In this document: one piece after another, positions 30,095 to 39,828 of the stretch
Numbering within the stretch: the stretch's first letter is position 1
Layout: each line of letters starts with the position of its first letter
Source: Candidatus Poribacteria bacterium
GTDB lineage: Bacteria; Poribacteria; WGA-4E; PCPOR2b
Direction of reading: 5' to 3'
DNA: 64,000 nt
Assembly: GCA_965218095.1 (NCBI GenBank)
Contig: OZ244587.1
Location: 352,001 to 416,000 of the forward strand
Notes under the pieces: model-generated
Databases searched by the model: none
Seen by the model: only the letters and a program-made list of their open reading frames with translations
What the model was told of the DNA's origin: nothing
Position numbers and translations under genes: made by a program

Positions 30095-30955
30095 TTACTT
30101 TTGCCGGATAAACTTCTGCAAGCGACCATCCGCCTGCACTTCGCTCACATAGAGATCTCCGTGCGAATCCACCCACATGCCGTGCGGACAGGCGAAAAAC
30201 TCGCCGGGAATTTCGCTTCCTCGATCGCTACCCCACTGTGCGATTATCTCACCATCAAGCGTGAGAATAGTTACACGTTGATCTAGTTCTGCAACGTAAA
30301 CGATGTCATCGCCATCGATAAAGATGGTGTCCGGATGCAGGAATCCGCCCCACTCGTCGATATATTCACCATCAAGAGTGAAAAACTGGATGCGGTTATT
30401 CGACCGATCCGCGACTAGCACGCGGTTGTGCCGGTCCACCCGGACACAGTGCGGTAGATTGAACTCTCCCGGCCCAGTCCCTGGCGTCCCCCAGGACATA
30501 ATCAACTCACCATCTGGGGAGTATTTGTGAACTCGAGCGTTTCCATAGCCGTCGCTGATGAACATCTCACCGTCGGGACCAAGCGCAAGGTCAGTCGGCA
30601 AATTGAATGGCTCACCATCCGCGCCGGCTTGATCGGGAGTACCTAACGTCATCAGCAGTTGCCCATCAGCGGTGAATTTGTGCATGACATGCACCTCTCG
30701 CTCGATACAATAGATGTGATCTTCGGCATCGATAAAGATGCCGTGTGCGTCCTTGAGGATGTCCTCTCCCCACGACGCGAGAAAGGCGCCTTCGCGGTCG
30801 AATACAACCATCGGACGCTCGCTTCGGCTGTAGACGTAAATTCTGTCTTGCGAATCCACGGCGACTGCGGGGATCCAACCGAACTTCCAACCTTCGGGGA
30901 GTTGTCCCCAACCTTCCTGGACTTCATACGTGTAGCTACCTGCGCCAAATGCCAT
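30095..30955 (-). CDS. NHL-repeat protein (PAL-like beta-propeller)
   Basis: FNLPTDLA, SDGYGNARVHKY, GEFNLPH, VADRSNNRIQ. Confidence 0.92.
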   Translation of the reverse strand: MAFGAGSYTYEVQEGWGQLPEGWKFGWIPAVAVDSQDRIYVYSRSERPMVVFDREGAFLASWGEDILKDAHGIFIDAEDHIYCIEREVHVMHKFTADGQLLMTLGTPDQAGADGEPFNLPTDLALGPDGEMFISDGYGNARVHKYSPDGELIMSWGTPGTGPGEFNLPHCVRVDRHNRVLVADRSNNRIQFFTLDGEYIDEWGGFLHPDTIFIDGDDIVYVAELDQRVTILTLDGEIIAQWGSDRGSEIPGEFFACPHGMWVDSHGDLYVSEVQADGRLQKFIRQK

Positions 30956-31124
30956 AATACTATACCTCCGGAATCTAAAAATTAGGTAATCCGTGAGTTA
31001 AATTACAAATATATACTGACGTTGTGGTATATTTTTTTAGATGATACCTATCCGAATAGAATCAATCTCAAATCCCCCCTTTCTCTGTTTTGGGGTTAGG
31101 TATAAGGTCTAAAAGGGGAAAAAG

Positions 31125-32198
31125 ATGAACAAAAATTTAATCATGCTGCTGACAACCACCGCTTTCACACTGTTTGGCTGTGTGTCGGATTCGGGCAAGA
31201 TCAGCGCAGTGGCAGCAAAAAGAGATTATTCGGGCGATCGCATCCTGACGGTGCTATCTTACGACGCAATTCCTGCAATCAAAAATCCAGAGTTTGTTTC
31301 TGCCAGCGAAGCGAAACTGAAGGATGACTCGCCGGTGATTGGCGTCAGTTTCAATGGCGAAAGCCACGCCTATTCAATCTATTTGCTTAACGGATACGAG
31401 ATCGTCAACGATGAGGTTGGCGGCGTCAAGATTGCGACGACCTGGTGACCGCTCTGCAAGACGGCTATCGTGTATAGCCGTAAACTTGATGGCAAGACCT
31501 ACACCTTTGGCGTCTCCGGCAAACTATTACATGATGCGTTGCTGATGTATGACCACCAAACGCGTTCCCTCTGGTCACACATCACCGGTGAAGCGGTAAA
31601 AGGTGAACTCAAAGGGAAGCAGTTAAAGATGTTGACTGCCATGCCACGTATCACCTGGAAGGGTTGGAAGCGGAATCATCCAGAAACAAAGGTGCTCTCT
31701 GTGCCTTACGATCGGCGATATCCAGAGAAACGCATCCAGGAGATAAGACGCGATAGTTACGCAATGTACCATGCGAGCCCTGACACAGGCATAAGCGGCA
31801 CACGATACACCGACAACCGCTTGATGAATAAAGAACTGGTTGTCGGCGTTCGCGTCAATGAAGGCTATCGTGCTTATCCTTTTACGGCGTTTGAAAAGAA
31901 ACCAATCATCAATGACGAAGTGGCTGACATGCCAATGCTAGCTTTCCACGACCTCGATTCAAATGCGACCGCGGTTTTTCTCCGCTCTGTGGAAGGACAG
32001 ACATTGACGTTTGAACCGGCACAGAGCTATTTTGTTACAGACGTCACAACGGGGACAATGTGGAACCTTATTACAGGTATGGCGACAGAAGGCAAACTCA
32101 AAGGAAGCATGCTAGAGCGGTTGCCGGCGATGAACATTTACTGGTATGCCTGGGCGCGGTACCATCCTGAAACAACCATCTATGGTGGGGCAAAGTAA
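31125..32198 (+). CDS. DUF3179-family lipoprotein, predicted selenoprotein (TGA 31446-31448 read as Sec)
   Basis: Two ORFs in the same frame join as TTW-U-PLC. DAIPAI, EIVND, FGVSGKL, LMYD..T.SLWS motifs; hairpin at 31461-31481; lipobox LFGC. Confidence 0.88.
31461..31481 (+). promoter_or_regulatory. Candidate bacterial SECIS hairpin
   Basis: Perfect 8-bp stem ACGGCTAT/ATAGCCGT with a G-containing loop CGTGT, starting 12 nt after the TGA. Confidence 0.72.
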
Positions 32199-32831
32199 AT
32201 GAATTAAATGAAATTTGATGATTGATTATGGTTTGTAGTGAGGTTTTTAGCCCCGATCCAAGAATCGGGATAAACTGCGCGAGATCCCGTGTAGCAAGGG
32301 TTGTCTGAAACACGCAATTGCGCCATTACAAACCTTGCGCTGATGTCCCAATTTGCTCTCTACTTACGGATTCGGCTGAATCAATACTTTTGTCGTCTCT
32401 CGTGCGCCCTCAATTGCCTGAATCACCTGAATCTAGCGAGTAGATCTCCAAGACCAGCGATTGAACCGGCAGGTGTTGACGAGTCATTAATCTAATCGCT
32501 TTCGGGAATAGCCAGCAGCGTGAGGTGTGAATCTGCACTTCATCGACCACCAGCTTCGTAACATCAAGCCCTGTCATTGGTAAGCCACAAGTCGTCTTGA
32601 GGAAGATCGTCCCTCGCGGTCAAAGAACTGACAGCGCAGGAGATTGAGATCGGGTATCATGTCTTCAAATCTTCAAAAATATGGCAACTCGACTGAGTAT
32701 ACAGTTAAACTAAGCAGATGAAGACACCCTCAATTTCACGACGGCTCTCAGCTTTGCGTTGCAGCGTTAAGTTGTTCTTGGCAGGCCAGAGTAAGGTTTT
32801 GAACCCTTGAAAGGTTTCAGTCTTAAACGAA

Positions 32832-33833
32832 TTAATTTCGCGGAACGGGTATAGTCACCTTCGCGTTACCCCGGCGTTGAGATTCCAGGAAGCCGATCAT
32901 GATCTCGACAACCTTGTGAGCTGCTTTCCCCGGCGATACAGGCTCACCGCCTTCATCAATTAAGCGTACCAATTCCTGAACGCCGGCGGGGATTCCAACG
33001 ACGGACCATTCGGGTAGTTGAATCGGTTCAACCGCGTCATCTCTGTAGATATTGGCTTTTTGCCCATCAATAAGGATATACCCGGTAGTACCGACGATCT
33101 CAAGGCGCATACCCCTGGGGAAGGTTATCTTTGGCCCACCGGCGTAATACCCGCGGACGCCATTAGCGAAGTGGATGTAGCCGTGAGCAGATGGCTCTGT
33201 TTTCGGGTCATGCCCGCCATCTCCGCGATACTCCGAGTAATCTTCGTATCCGTCTTCCAGTTCAGCAGATACCCACTCCGGATCGGATTCTGCAAAGTAG
33301 CAGATTGTGTCGATTAAGTGCGTCCCATTGCGGAAAAGCATCGCCCGGCTCCCGCTCAACGTGGCAATGATATACTGCACGGGCCCAATCTCCCCCGTCC
33401 CGACCACCTCTTCTTTTGTATAACGCCACAAGGGCTGCCACCTTCGTGTATGGTCGATGGACAGGATGGTATTATTGCATTCAGCGGCTTCAATCATCCG
33501 ATCGGCATCAGCCAGATTGGTTGCCATCGGCTTCTCGCAGAAAATGCCTTTCACCCCTGCATTTGCGGAATCAACTACAAGGTCTGCGTGCCGATGATCA
33601 GATGTTGCCACCGTCACAATATCCAGGTTTTCCTTCGCCAACATTTCCTGGTGATTTGTGTACAGCGCAAGATTGGGCCATGTGTCCTTCCAATGTTCTT
33701 GAAATTTGTCCAATGCCGCTTGCGACAGGTCGCACCCGGCAACCAATTCGGCGTTGGACAGCCCCACCAACCCTGACGCATGGGCTGTTCCAATGCCTGT
33801 ACACCCAATAACTCCGGCGCGATATTTCGCCAT
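32832..33833 (-). CDS. Gfo/Idh/MocA oxidoreductase
   Basis: GVIGCTGIG, FCEKPMA, GTHLID. Confidence 0.93.
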   Translation of the reverse strand: MAKYRAGVIGCTGIGTAHASGLVGLSNAELVAGCDLSQAALDKFQEHWKDTWPNLALYTNHQEMLAKENLDIVTVATSDHRHADLVVDSANAGVKGIFCEKPMATNLADADRMIEAAECNNTILSIDHTRRWQPLWRYTKEEVVGTGEIGPVQYIIATLSGSRAMLFRNGTHLIDTICYFAESDPEWVSAELEDGYEDYSEYRGDGGHDPKTEPSAHGYIHFANGVRGYYAGGPKITFPRGMRLEIVGTTGYILIDGQKANIYRDDAVEPIQLPEWSVVGIPAGVQELVRLIDEGGEPVSPGKAAHKVVEIMIGFLESQRRGNAKVTIPVPRN

Positions 33834-34148
33834 GGATGTCCTCCAATATGTGTTGTGTATTGTATGAAACGTAACAAGAACGCTGAACCTATAGGCAGAT
33901 CAACCGTTCCAATTTATAGACCAACCTTCAGAAGGTTCAAAACCTTCCGCAGGATTAAGTTGACGCTGATGATAGAAGTAAACCGATTTCCGTTAATTCG
34001 TCTGACCTCAAATCCGTCGAGGAACATCTGACTCGTCCGAAGGCCCCTCATGCGGTGTCTTCCACCAGGAATCGGTATATGCACCGGGACGCTGGCCGGA
34101 TGTTGTTTGAAATAAGGTCATTCATTGGTACTCTCCTGAAAATACCTT

Positions 34149-34784
34149 TTACGATCGTCGGCCCACCCACAACGCGCCGCGACGGACGATCTCCTGAAAA
34201 CTTGGATTCTCAAGAACAGCCATGTCGTGCCCGAGGGCGAAGTAGAAAACGCGTCCGCTGCCAGAGGTGTGCTTGAAAGCCATAACGTGAGTCTCGTCTT
34301 TCGTCGGATCATAAGCCTGCATCAAGTGGTGCGACATAGACAGGTCGTGTTTCAAGTAATAGAGCTCATCAGTCACGACAAAATCGGAAAGCCCTTCGGT
34401 AATTGGGTCATCCGTATCAATAATATTGACGGTAAAATCCATGTACTTGCTGTGGCCGTCGAAGAATGCATTGAGCATGCCGTGGTAGCCCTTGCAGTCA
34501 CGAAACGACGCCGCCGCCGTATGGAGTCCGAAAAAACCTCTGCCTTGCTGTATGAAGTTTAGCAGTCCGTTTTCCTGGGTGTCCGTGAGTTTACCAACGT
34601 CCGTAAAGAAGAGCGCGGACTCGTACAGGTCAAGCCCGTTGGTCAGGATTTTATAGTCTTGAGAAAAATCAGCTTCGATATCACCGGTTTTCGATAGCAT
34701 ATCGGCGAGAAACTTGCCTTGCTCCACATGGTCGTGATAGATACCCTCGGTACCGACAAATACCAGAAGTTTGAGAGGTTCCAT
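34149..34784 (-). CDS. ThuA-like domain protein
   Basis: GFFGLH, DELY, GRVFYFALGHD. Confidence 0.9.
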   Translation of the reverse strand: MEPLKLLVFVGTEGIYHDHVEQGKFLADMLSKTGDIEADFSQDYKILTNGLDLYESALFFTDVGKLTDTQENGLLNFIQQGRGFFGLHTAAASFRDCKGYHGMLNAFFDGHSKYMDFTVNIIDTDDPITEGLSDFVVTDELYYLKHDLSMSHHLMQAYDPTKDETHVMAFKHTSGSGRVFYFALGHDMAVLENPSFQEIVRRGALWVGRRS

Positions 34785-34889
34785 TAGTTTATCTCCTGAT
34801 TATTTACACGAATTTTTCCATTTGATGTTCTGATTCCTATTCATGATTTCCACCCCTTGAACAAGAGTACCATAAAAAATTACATCGGT

Positions 34890-35100
34890 CAAGCACTACC
34901 ATTGGCATAAAGCGTATAAAAATAGACGCCGCTGGCAACGGTGCTCCCTTCATCGTTTCTGCCATCCCAATAGGCGGCTTTATTCTTCGTCACATACCGT
35001 CCGGTGGGCTGCTTTCCTAAATCCAGCGTCCGGACCACTTGTCCGTCAATGTTGTATATGTGGATAATGACAGCCGCCTCAGAAGCCAGTTGGTAGGGAA
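34890..35100 (-). pseudogene. Orphan PNPFN-type C-terminal domain fragment
   Basis: PYQLASEAAVIIHIYN..GQVVRTLDLGKQPTGRYV..NKAAYWDGRN.EG..VASGVYFYTL, closely similar to the S8 protein's C-terminus. Confidence 0.8.
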
Positions 35101-35395
35101 CTCGTTTACAACATTAGTGGTATAGAGGGAAGACTTTCTTGTCATCAATTGCGTTCATCTATGCTTACAGTGGCATTCACCAGAGAAACCAAAAAAGCCC
35201 CACTTATGATGAAAAGGTTTTATACGATTCAATCATAAGGGGACTCTTTAACACAGTGATGAAACACCGCTTCGTTGTGTGTACAAGGTAAGCACCTTAG
35301 CAGGAGAACCTGACTTTAAGATGACCAACGCTTCATTTCACCTTGACCGTTTCGGTAATGATAGCGCTTTTCCTTGTGGGCGCATCTCCTCCAAT

Positions 35396-37005
35396 TCGGG
35401 ACATTGGATAAGCCCCTCAACCGCCTGCTACCAACCCTGCTCTGAAAGGATTTCCTGAAACGGGAGCATCTTTTGCGCCTGTGCTTCCTCAATCTGTTTG
35501 ACCCCCTCACCTTCGACCCTAAAGAAAAACAGTGCTTGCTCAGTACAACCTGCCGGACACCCCCCCCACGCATCCCGAAAGATAAAATACCATGTCTTCT
35601 CCACTTTTGACGCGGCAATATCGGGACTGTCTCCGGGTGGACCATCGGGTCCGGCACTCCGAACACCTTCTAACATCGAATAAGCCTTTCCTGCGGCCCA
35701 GACGTTCAAACGATCGTCAAAGCAAAAAAGAAAACCCCTGGTAAGGACACTACTCGAACCCCACTTAACACCCCGTAACCCCAGTTTTGCGTTGAGTGCA
35801 TCGAAGTCAGCATCGCCTGTCTCGAACGTGACCTCTCCTTCTTGATCCTTGATGAGGTTTTTAACCTTTTCATACAATTGTGGTTCCAGACGGATGACGA
35901 GCCGATCCGGGTTGATATCCTGTCGGGCACGAATGTCTGTCATAGCTGGGTAAGCCGCTCGAATAAGAGATAGTAGCCGTTTAATTTCCCGGATACGTGC
36001 CTTCCGCTGGTCGGTATCGAACAAGAGGTCGTCACTTTCATCATATAGCATCCGATCCGCAAGATAAGTGGCATCTGAGCGGACAGGGTGAGAGCAACTC
36101 GTCTCGACCACCAGAGGGGCAGCCGGTTCGTCAATTGGTGTCCCATCTTCAGCCAGATCGCTGCATCCGCCTATGCTGAATCCTATCAGTACGACTAGGG
36201 TAGTAATCATATCCGGGACATTGGATAAGCCCCTCAACCGCCTGCTACCAACTCTGCTCTGAAAGGATTTCCTGAAACGGGAGCATCTTTTGCGCCTGTG
36301 CTTCCTCAATCTGTTTGACTCCCTCACCTTCGACCCTAAAGAAAAACAGTGCTTGCTCAGTACAACCTGCCGGACAATCCCCCCACGCATCCCGAAAGAT
36401 AAAATACCATGTCTTCTCCACTTTTGACGCGGCAATATCAGGACTGTCTCCGACTGGATGATCGAATCCGGTACGCCGAACACCTTCTAACATCGAATAA
36501 GCCTTTCCTGCGGCCGGGACGTTCAGACGGTCATCAAAGCAAAACAGGACATCCCTTGAAATGGAAGTAATCAGTTGGACGCCCTGTAACCCCAACTTTG
36601 CGTTGAGGGCATCGAAGTCAACGTCGCCTGTCTCGAACGTGACCTCTCCTTCTTGATCCTTGATGAGGTTTTTAACCTTTTCATACAATTGTGGTTCCGG
36701 AAAGATGACAAGCCGATCCGGGGAGATATCCTGTCGGGCACGAATGTCTGTCATAGCTGGGTAAGCCGCTCGAATAAGAGATAGTAGCCGTTTAATTTCC
36801 CGGATACGTGCCTTCCGCTGGTCGGTATCGAACAAGAGGTCGTCACTTTCATCATATAGCATCCGATCCGCAAGATAAGTGGCATCTGAGCGGATAGGGT
36901 AAGAGCAACTTGTCTTGACCACCAGAGGGGCAGCCGGTTCGTCAATTGTCACCACATCGTCATCTGAATTACTGCATCCGCCCATGCTGAATCCTGTCAG
37001 TACGA
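35396..37005. repeat. About 0.81-kb tandem duplication
   Basis: Offset 817 nt at the 3' end of the genes and 811 nt beyond a 6-nt indel; long identical stretches, including the downstream intergenic sequence. Confidence 0.95.
35428..36210 (-). CDS. Lipoprotein, tandem copy 2
   Basis: Start MITTLVVLIGFSIGGC (lipobox-like); near-identical to copy 1. Confidence 0.8.
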   Translation of the reverse strand: MITTLVVLIGFSIGGCSDLAEDGTPIDEPAAPLVVETSCSHPVRSDATYLADRMLYDESDDLLFDTDQRKARIREIKRLLSLIRAAYPAMTDIRARQDINPDRLVIRLEPQLYEKVKNLIKDQEGEVTFETGDADFDALNAKLGLRGVKWGSSSVLTRGFLFCFDDRLNVWAAGKAYSMLEGVRSAGPDGPPGDSPDIAASKVEKTWYFIFRDAWGGCPAGCTEQALFFFRVEGEGVKQIEEAQAQKMLPFQEILSEQGW

Positions 37006-37075
37006 TGAGGCCTATCAGCGTAACAAAGGGGGCAATCAAAGCGAAGAACTGGGTATTGCGTTGGGTTGGGAACAT
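36245..37075 (-). CDS. Lipoprotein, tandem copy 1
   Basis: AAGGA RBS; hydrophobic leader ending MGGC; WGDCPAGC motif. Confidence 0.82.
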   Translation of the reverse strand: MFPTQRNTQFFALIAPFVTLIGLIVLTGFSMGGCSNSDDDVVTIDEPAAPLVVKTSCSYPIRSDATYLADRMLYDESDDLLFDTDQRKARIREIKRLLSLIRAAYPAMTDIRARQDISPDRLVIFPEPQLYEKVKNLIKDQEGEVTFETGDVDFDALNAKLGLQGVQLITSISRDVLFCFDDRLNVPAAGKAYSMLEGVRRTGFDHPVGDSPDIAASKVEKTWYFIFRDAWGDCPAGCTEQALFFFRVEGEGVKQIEEAQAQKMLPFQEILSEQSW

Positions 37076-37171
37076 CGTGCTATCCTTCAAATCTACAGAT
37101 TCCACGAATTTGAGATTTTTGAGGCAATGTAACCTTGCGAAGGTTCTAAACCTTCGCAAGGTCTTCTCTCG

Positions 37172-39319
37172 CTACTTTTGCAGAATCATTTTACGAGACT
37201 CTGTTTTCTCGCCATTGATTTCAAGGGTATAGAAATAGACCCCGCTGGCGACCAAACTCCCTTCTTCATTTCTGCCATCCCAAAAGGCGGCTTTATTCTG
37301 AGCAACATAGCGACCCGGGAGTTGCTTGCCTAGGTTCAACGTCCGCACTAACTGTCCGCCGGTGTTGTAGATGCGGATAACGACTGTCGTCTCCGAAGCC
37401 AGTCGATAGGGAATCCAGGTCTCAGGATTGAAGGGATTGGGGTAGTTATTGTATAACGTGGCGCCGCTCTCCTCATCGGCGAGAGAGACTGCCGCCGGCG
37501 CAAAAGGCGGAGAGATTGATTGAAAATTACTCGGCGGGGCTAAACCAAAGGTTTCGCTACTGCTCCCGCCGCTCTGGTGAACGACCTTGATATAGACCGA
37601 TCGATTGGTGCCTGAATTGAGTTCAATTTGCTCAACATTGTCTATCCCGGAAGCGGAAACGCCGATGTACCCGCTAGTCGCAGCATCGTAGAGATACAGA
37701 TCCAGATTGGCGAGGGACAACCCATCATGTTTGAGCCAGACCAGCGTGACGGTCTCCCCGGCGTTCATCGTCCCCGAGTACCACTTCTCATTTCCGGTCT
37801 CAATGCTGCCGACCATCACATAATCGTACTGATCTAACGCCGCGTCAAGATCGATATAGCCCCATCCCCACTCCTTATCCCAGCCCGCAGGACCTTTATC
37901 CTCTGCGGAGTTAATCAGCAAAGCTTTTAACAGCACTGGGTGCCATAGTTCGTGATCCCAAAACAGGAGAAGCGCACCTGAGACGTGGGGCGTTGCAGCG
38001 CTGGTGTCACCAAACGCACCAAACCCACCGCCAGGCCAGGTGGTTGTTGTAATCCCCGACCCCGGTGCGACCACGTCTGGTTTTTTACGTCCGGCGGGTG
38101 TAGGTCCCCGACTGCTATTAGAGAGAATCACAGTCGTCGCGCGATTCGGATTGGCGTCCCCGGTCGTCGCGCCAACGATGATAGCGTTATAGGAATCAGA
38201 GCCCCAACTAAGAGAATAGTCCAGTTTAGGAGGGTTCGCAAACATATTGGTTTCATTTCCAGCCGCCTTGACGACAAGAACATCATGGGTATCAATCAGG
38301 TTGTCTAAAAACTCCCCATGATTCTGGTGGTAATCCGGGTCACCGAGATCCATTGTTGTATCATCACCAACGGGATCCCCCCCTAAAATCCCCCCAAAGG
38401 AGTAGTTAATCACCTCCGCATCGTCGGATGCACCAGTCACTGCCCAAGTCATAGCATTTTTTGCATCGGTATAAGACCACGGGTAAAATGAGGCATCGAT
38501 GATCTTGTCCAGCCCATAGGCGATGCCTTTATGCTCTCCTTCAGAATTCGTATAAGGTGTCATCGCCACGATACCCGCCACGCTTGTCCCATGATTACTT
38601 GCGGCATTGGAACGTCTCTTGACGAGAGAAGCCCCTGAACGCAGGTAGGGATGGTTGTCCACACCGTGCTCGACAACCCCTATATCATACTCATCACCAT
38701 CGTATCCTGCATTCCAAAAGCTGGACGCGGAGATAACCTGCGCACTTCCGTTGAGTGCGGGTGGGGGCGGTGTATCTAACCCAATCCGTTCTACTTCAGG
38801 CAATCCAGCGATTTGATTCACCGCAGCAGCAGGAAGTCGCGCACCAATGTTGTTGGACAGCGATATTTGTGCATGAACCGTACCCCCTGCGTTTTCTATC
38901 GCTTCCCGGACGCGCTGCTGGCCGTCGGCTACACGATTCCAAAGTTGCTGTCCAATCTCTTGTCGCATCTGCCGAGTCTGATTATCAAGGTTTTCATGCA
39001 GAGCTCTCACTTCCGCTTTGACGTTCGCTGGAAGGGGTTGTTTCTGTTGAAGAAACGGACGGATCTTGTTCCGGATATCACGAGAGGTTGTGTTAATATT
39101 GGGGTAAAACTGCACTTTGACAGCTTGGGCAATCTCACGGCTCGGTGGCTTATCTTGGAGATAGATAGTCACCGATACGGTTTCTTGTGTCTGTAGTGCT
39201 TCGAGAACACTGGCATCAATCTTGTTCTGTTGGGCAGCAGACTATGTTGGAAAAATGCAGCCAATCAATAAAGTTGCAAGTATGTACCTAAACGCTTGCG
39301 TTGCATTTCGAGTTAACAT
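37172..39319 (-). pseudogene. Secreted S8 subtilase with PNPFN C-terminal domain; amber stop in the signal peptide
   Basis: AGGAGG-ATG at 39319, TAG at 39242-39244, then open to 37172. GVVEHGVD, HGTSVAG, AAGNE, KPDVVAPG, DTSAATPHVSG. Confidence 0.85.
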
Positions 39320-39484
39320 GTTAACCTCCTGAGTGTTTCAAAACCGATGTTAAATTGCCCACTTTTGCTGACAATTTTCTAAACACAATGCTTATATTAT
39401 CGACAAAAATCCGCCCATGTCAACCGGGGATATCCCTGTGTAGAAATTTCCAAAGCGAGTCGAGAATCGGTAGATGTCGCCTCA

Positions 39485-39784
39485 GTGGAGACTTCTTGGT
39501 ATCCATTGAGGAAATTCGCAAAACTGGTAGCAAAATTTCCTATAAAGACTTTATCTGATCGTTTCTCTGAAGATTTAAAGATTCTTCGCTCAGATTTGGA
39601 TAAGCATGGTGATGATTTATGCCATGCCCTTGAGAGACAGAGTGACACTTTCGATAAACGACTTGATGATCTTCGTCAAGACATTGGTAAATTGTCTGAT
39701 AGGATCGAGAAACTTAACCAGAATTTTATTGATCATCTTTCTCACCATGAGAGAGTAGGGATTCCCTGCATTGGCACTCGCTAG
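39485..39784 (+). CDS. Small coiled-coil hypothetical protein
   Basis: DKRLDDLRQDIGKLSDRIEKLNQNFIDHL; start uncertain. Confidence 0.5.
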   Translation: METSWYPLRKFAKLVAKFPIKTLSDRFSEDLKILRSDLDKHGDDLCHALERQSDTFDKRLDDLRQDIGKLSDRIEKLNQNFIDHLSHHERVGIPCIGTR

Positions 39785-39828
39785 AGTGCACGCCTCAATT
39801 CGTTGTCGTGTCGCCACAGAAAAAAGAT

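Noticed and set aside
36211-36483. N-terminal extension of the 351-aa ORF (and the 35316-35666 ORF)
   Set aside because: Alternate-frame read of the duplicated lipoprotein 3' end; the lipoprotein leader begins at 36210.
35396-37005. Diversity-generating retroelement TR/VR pair
   Set aside because: The differences are not adenine-specific and include an indel. Both copies are full genes, and no reverse transcriptase is in the window.
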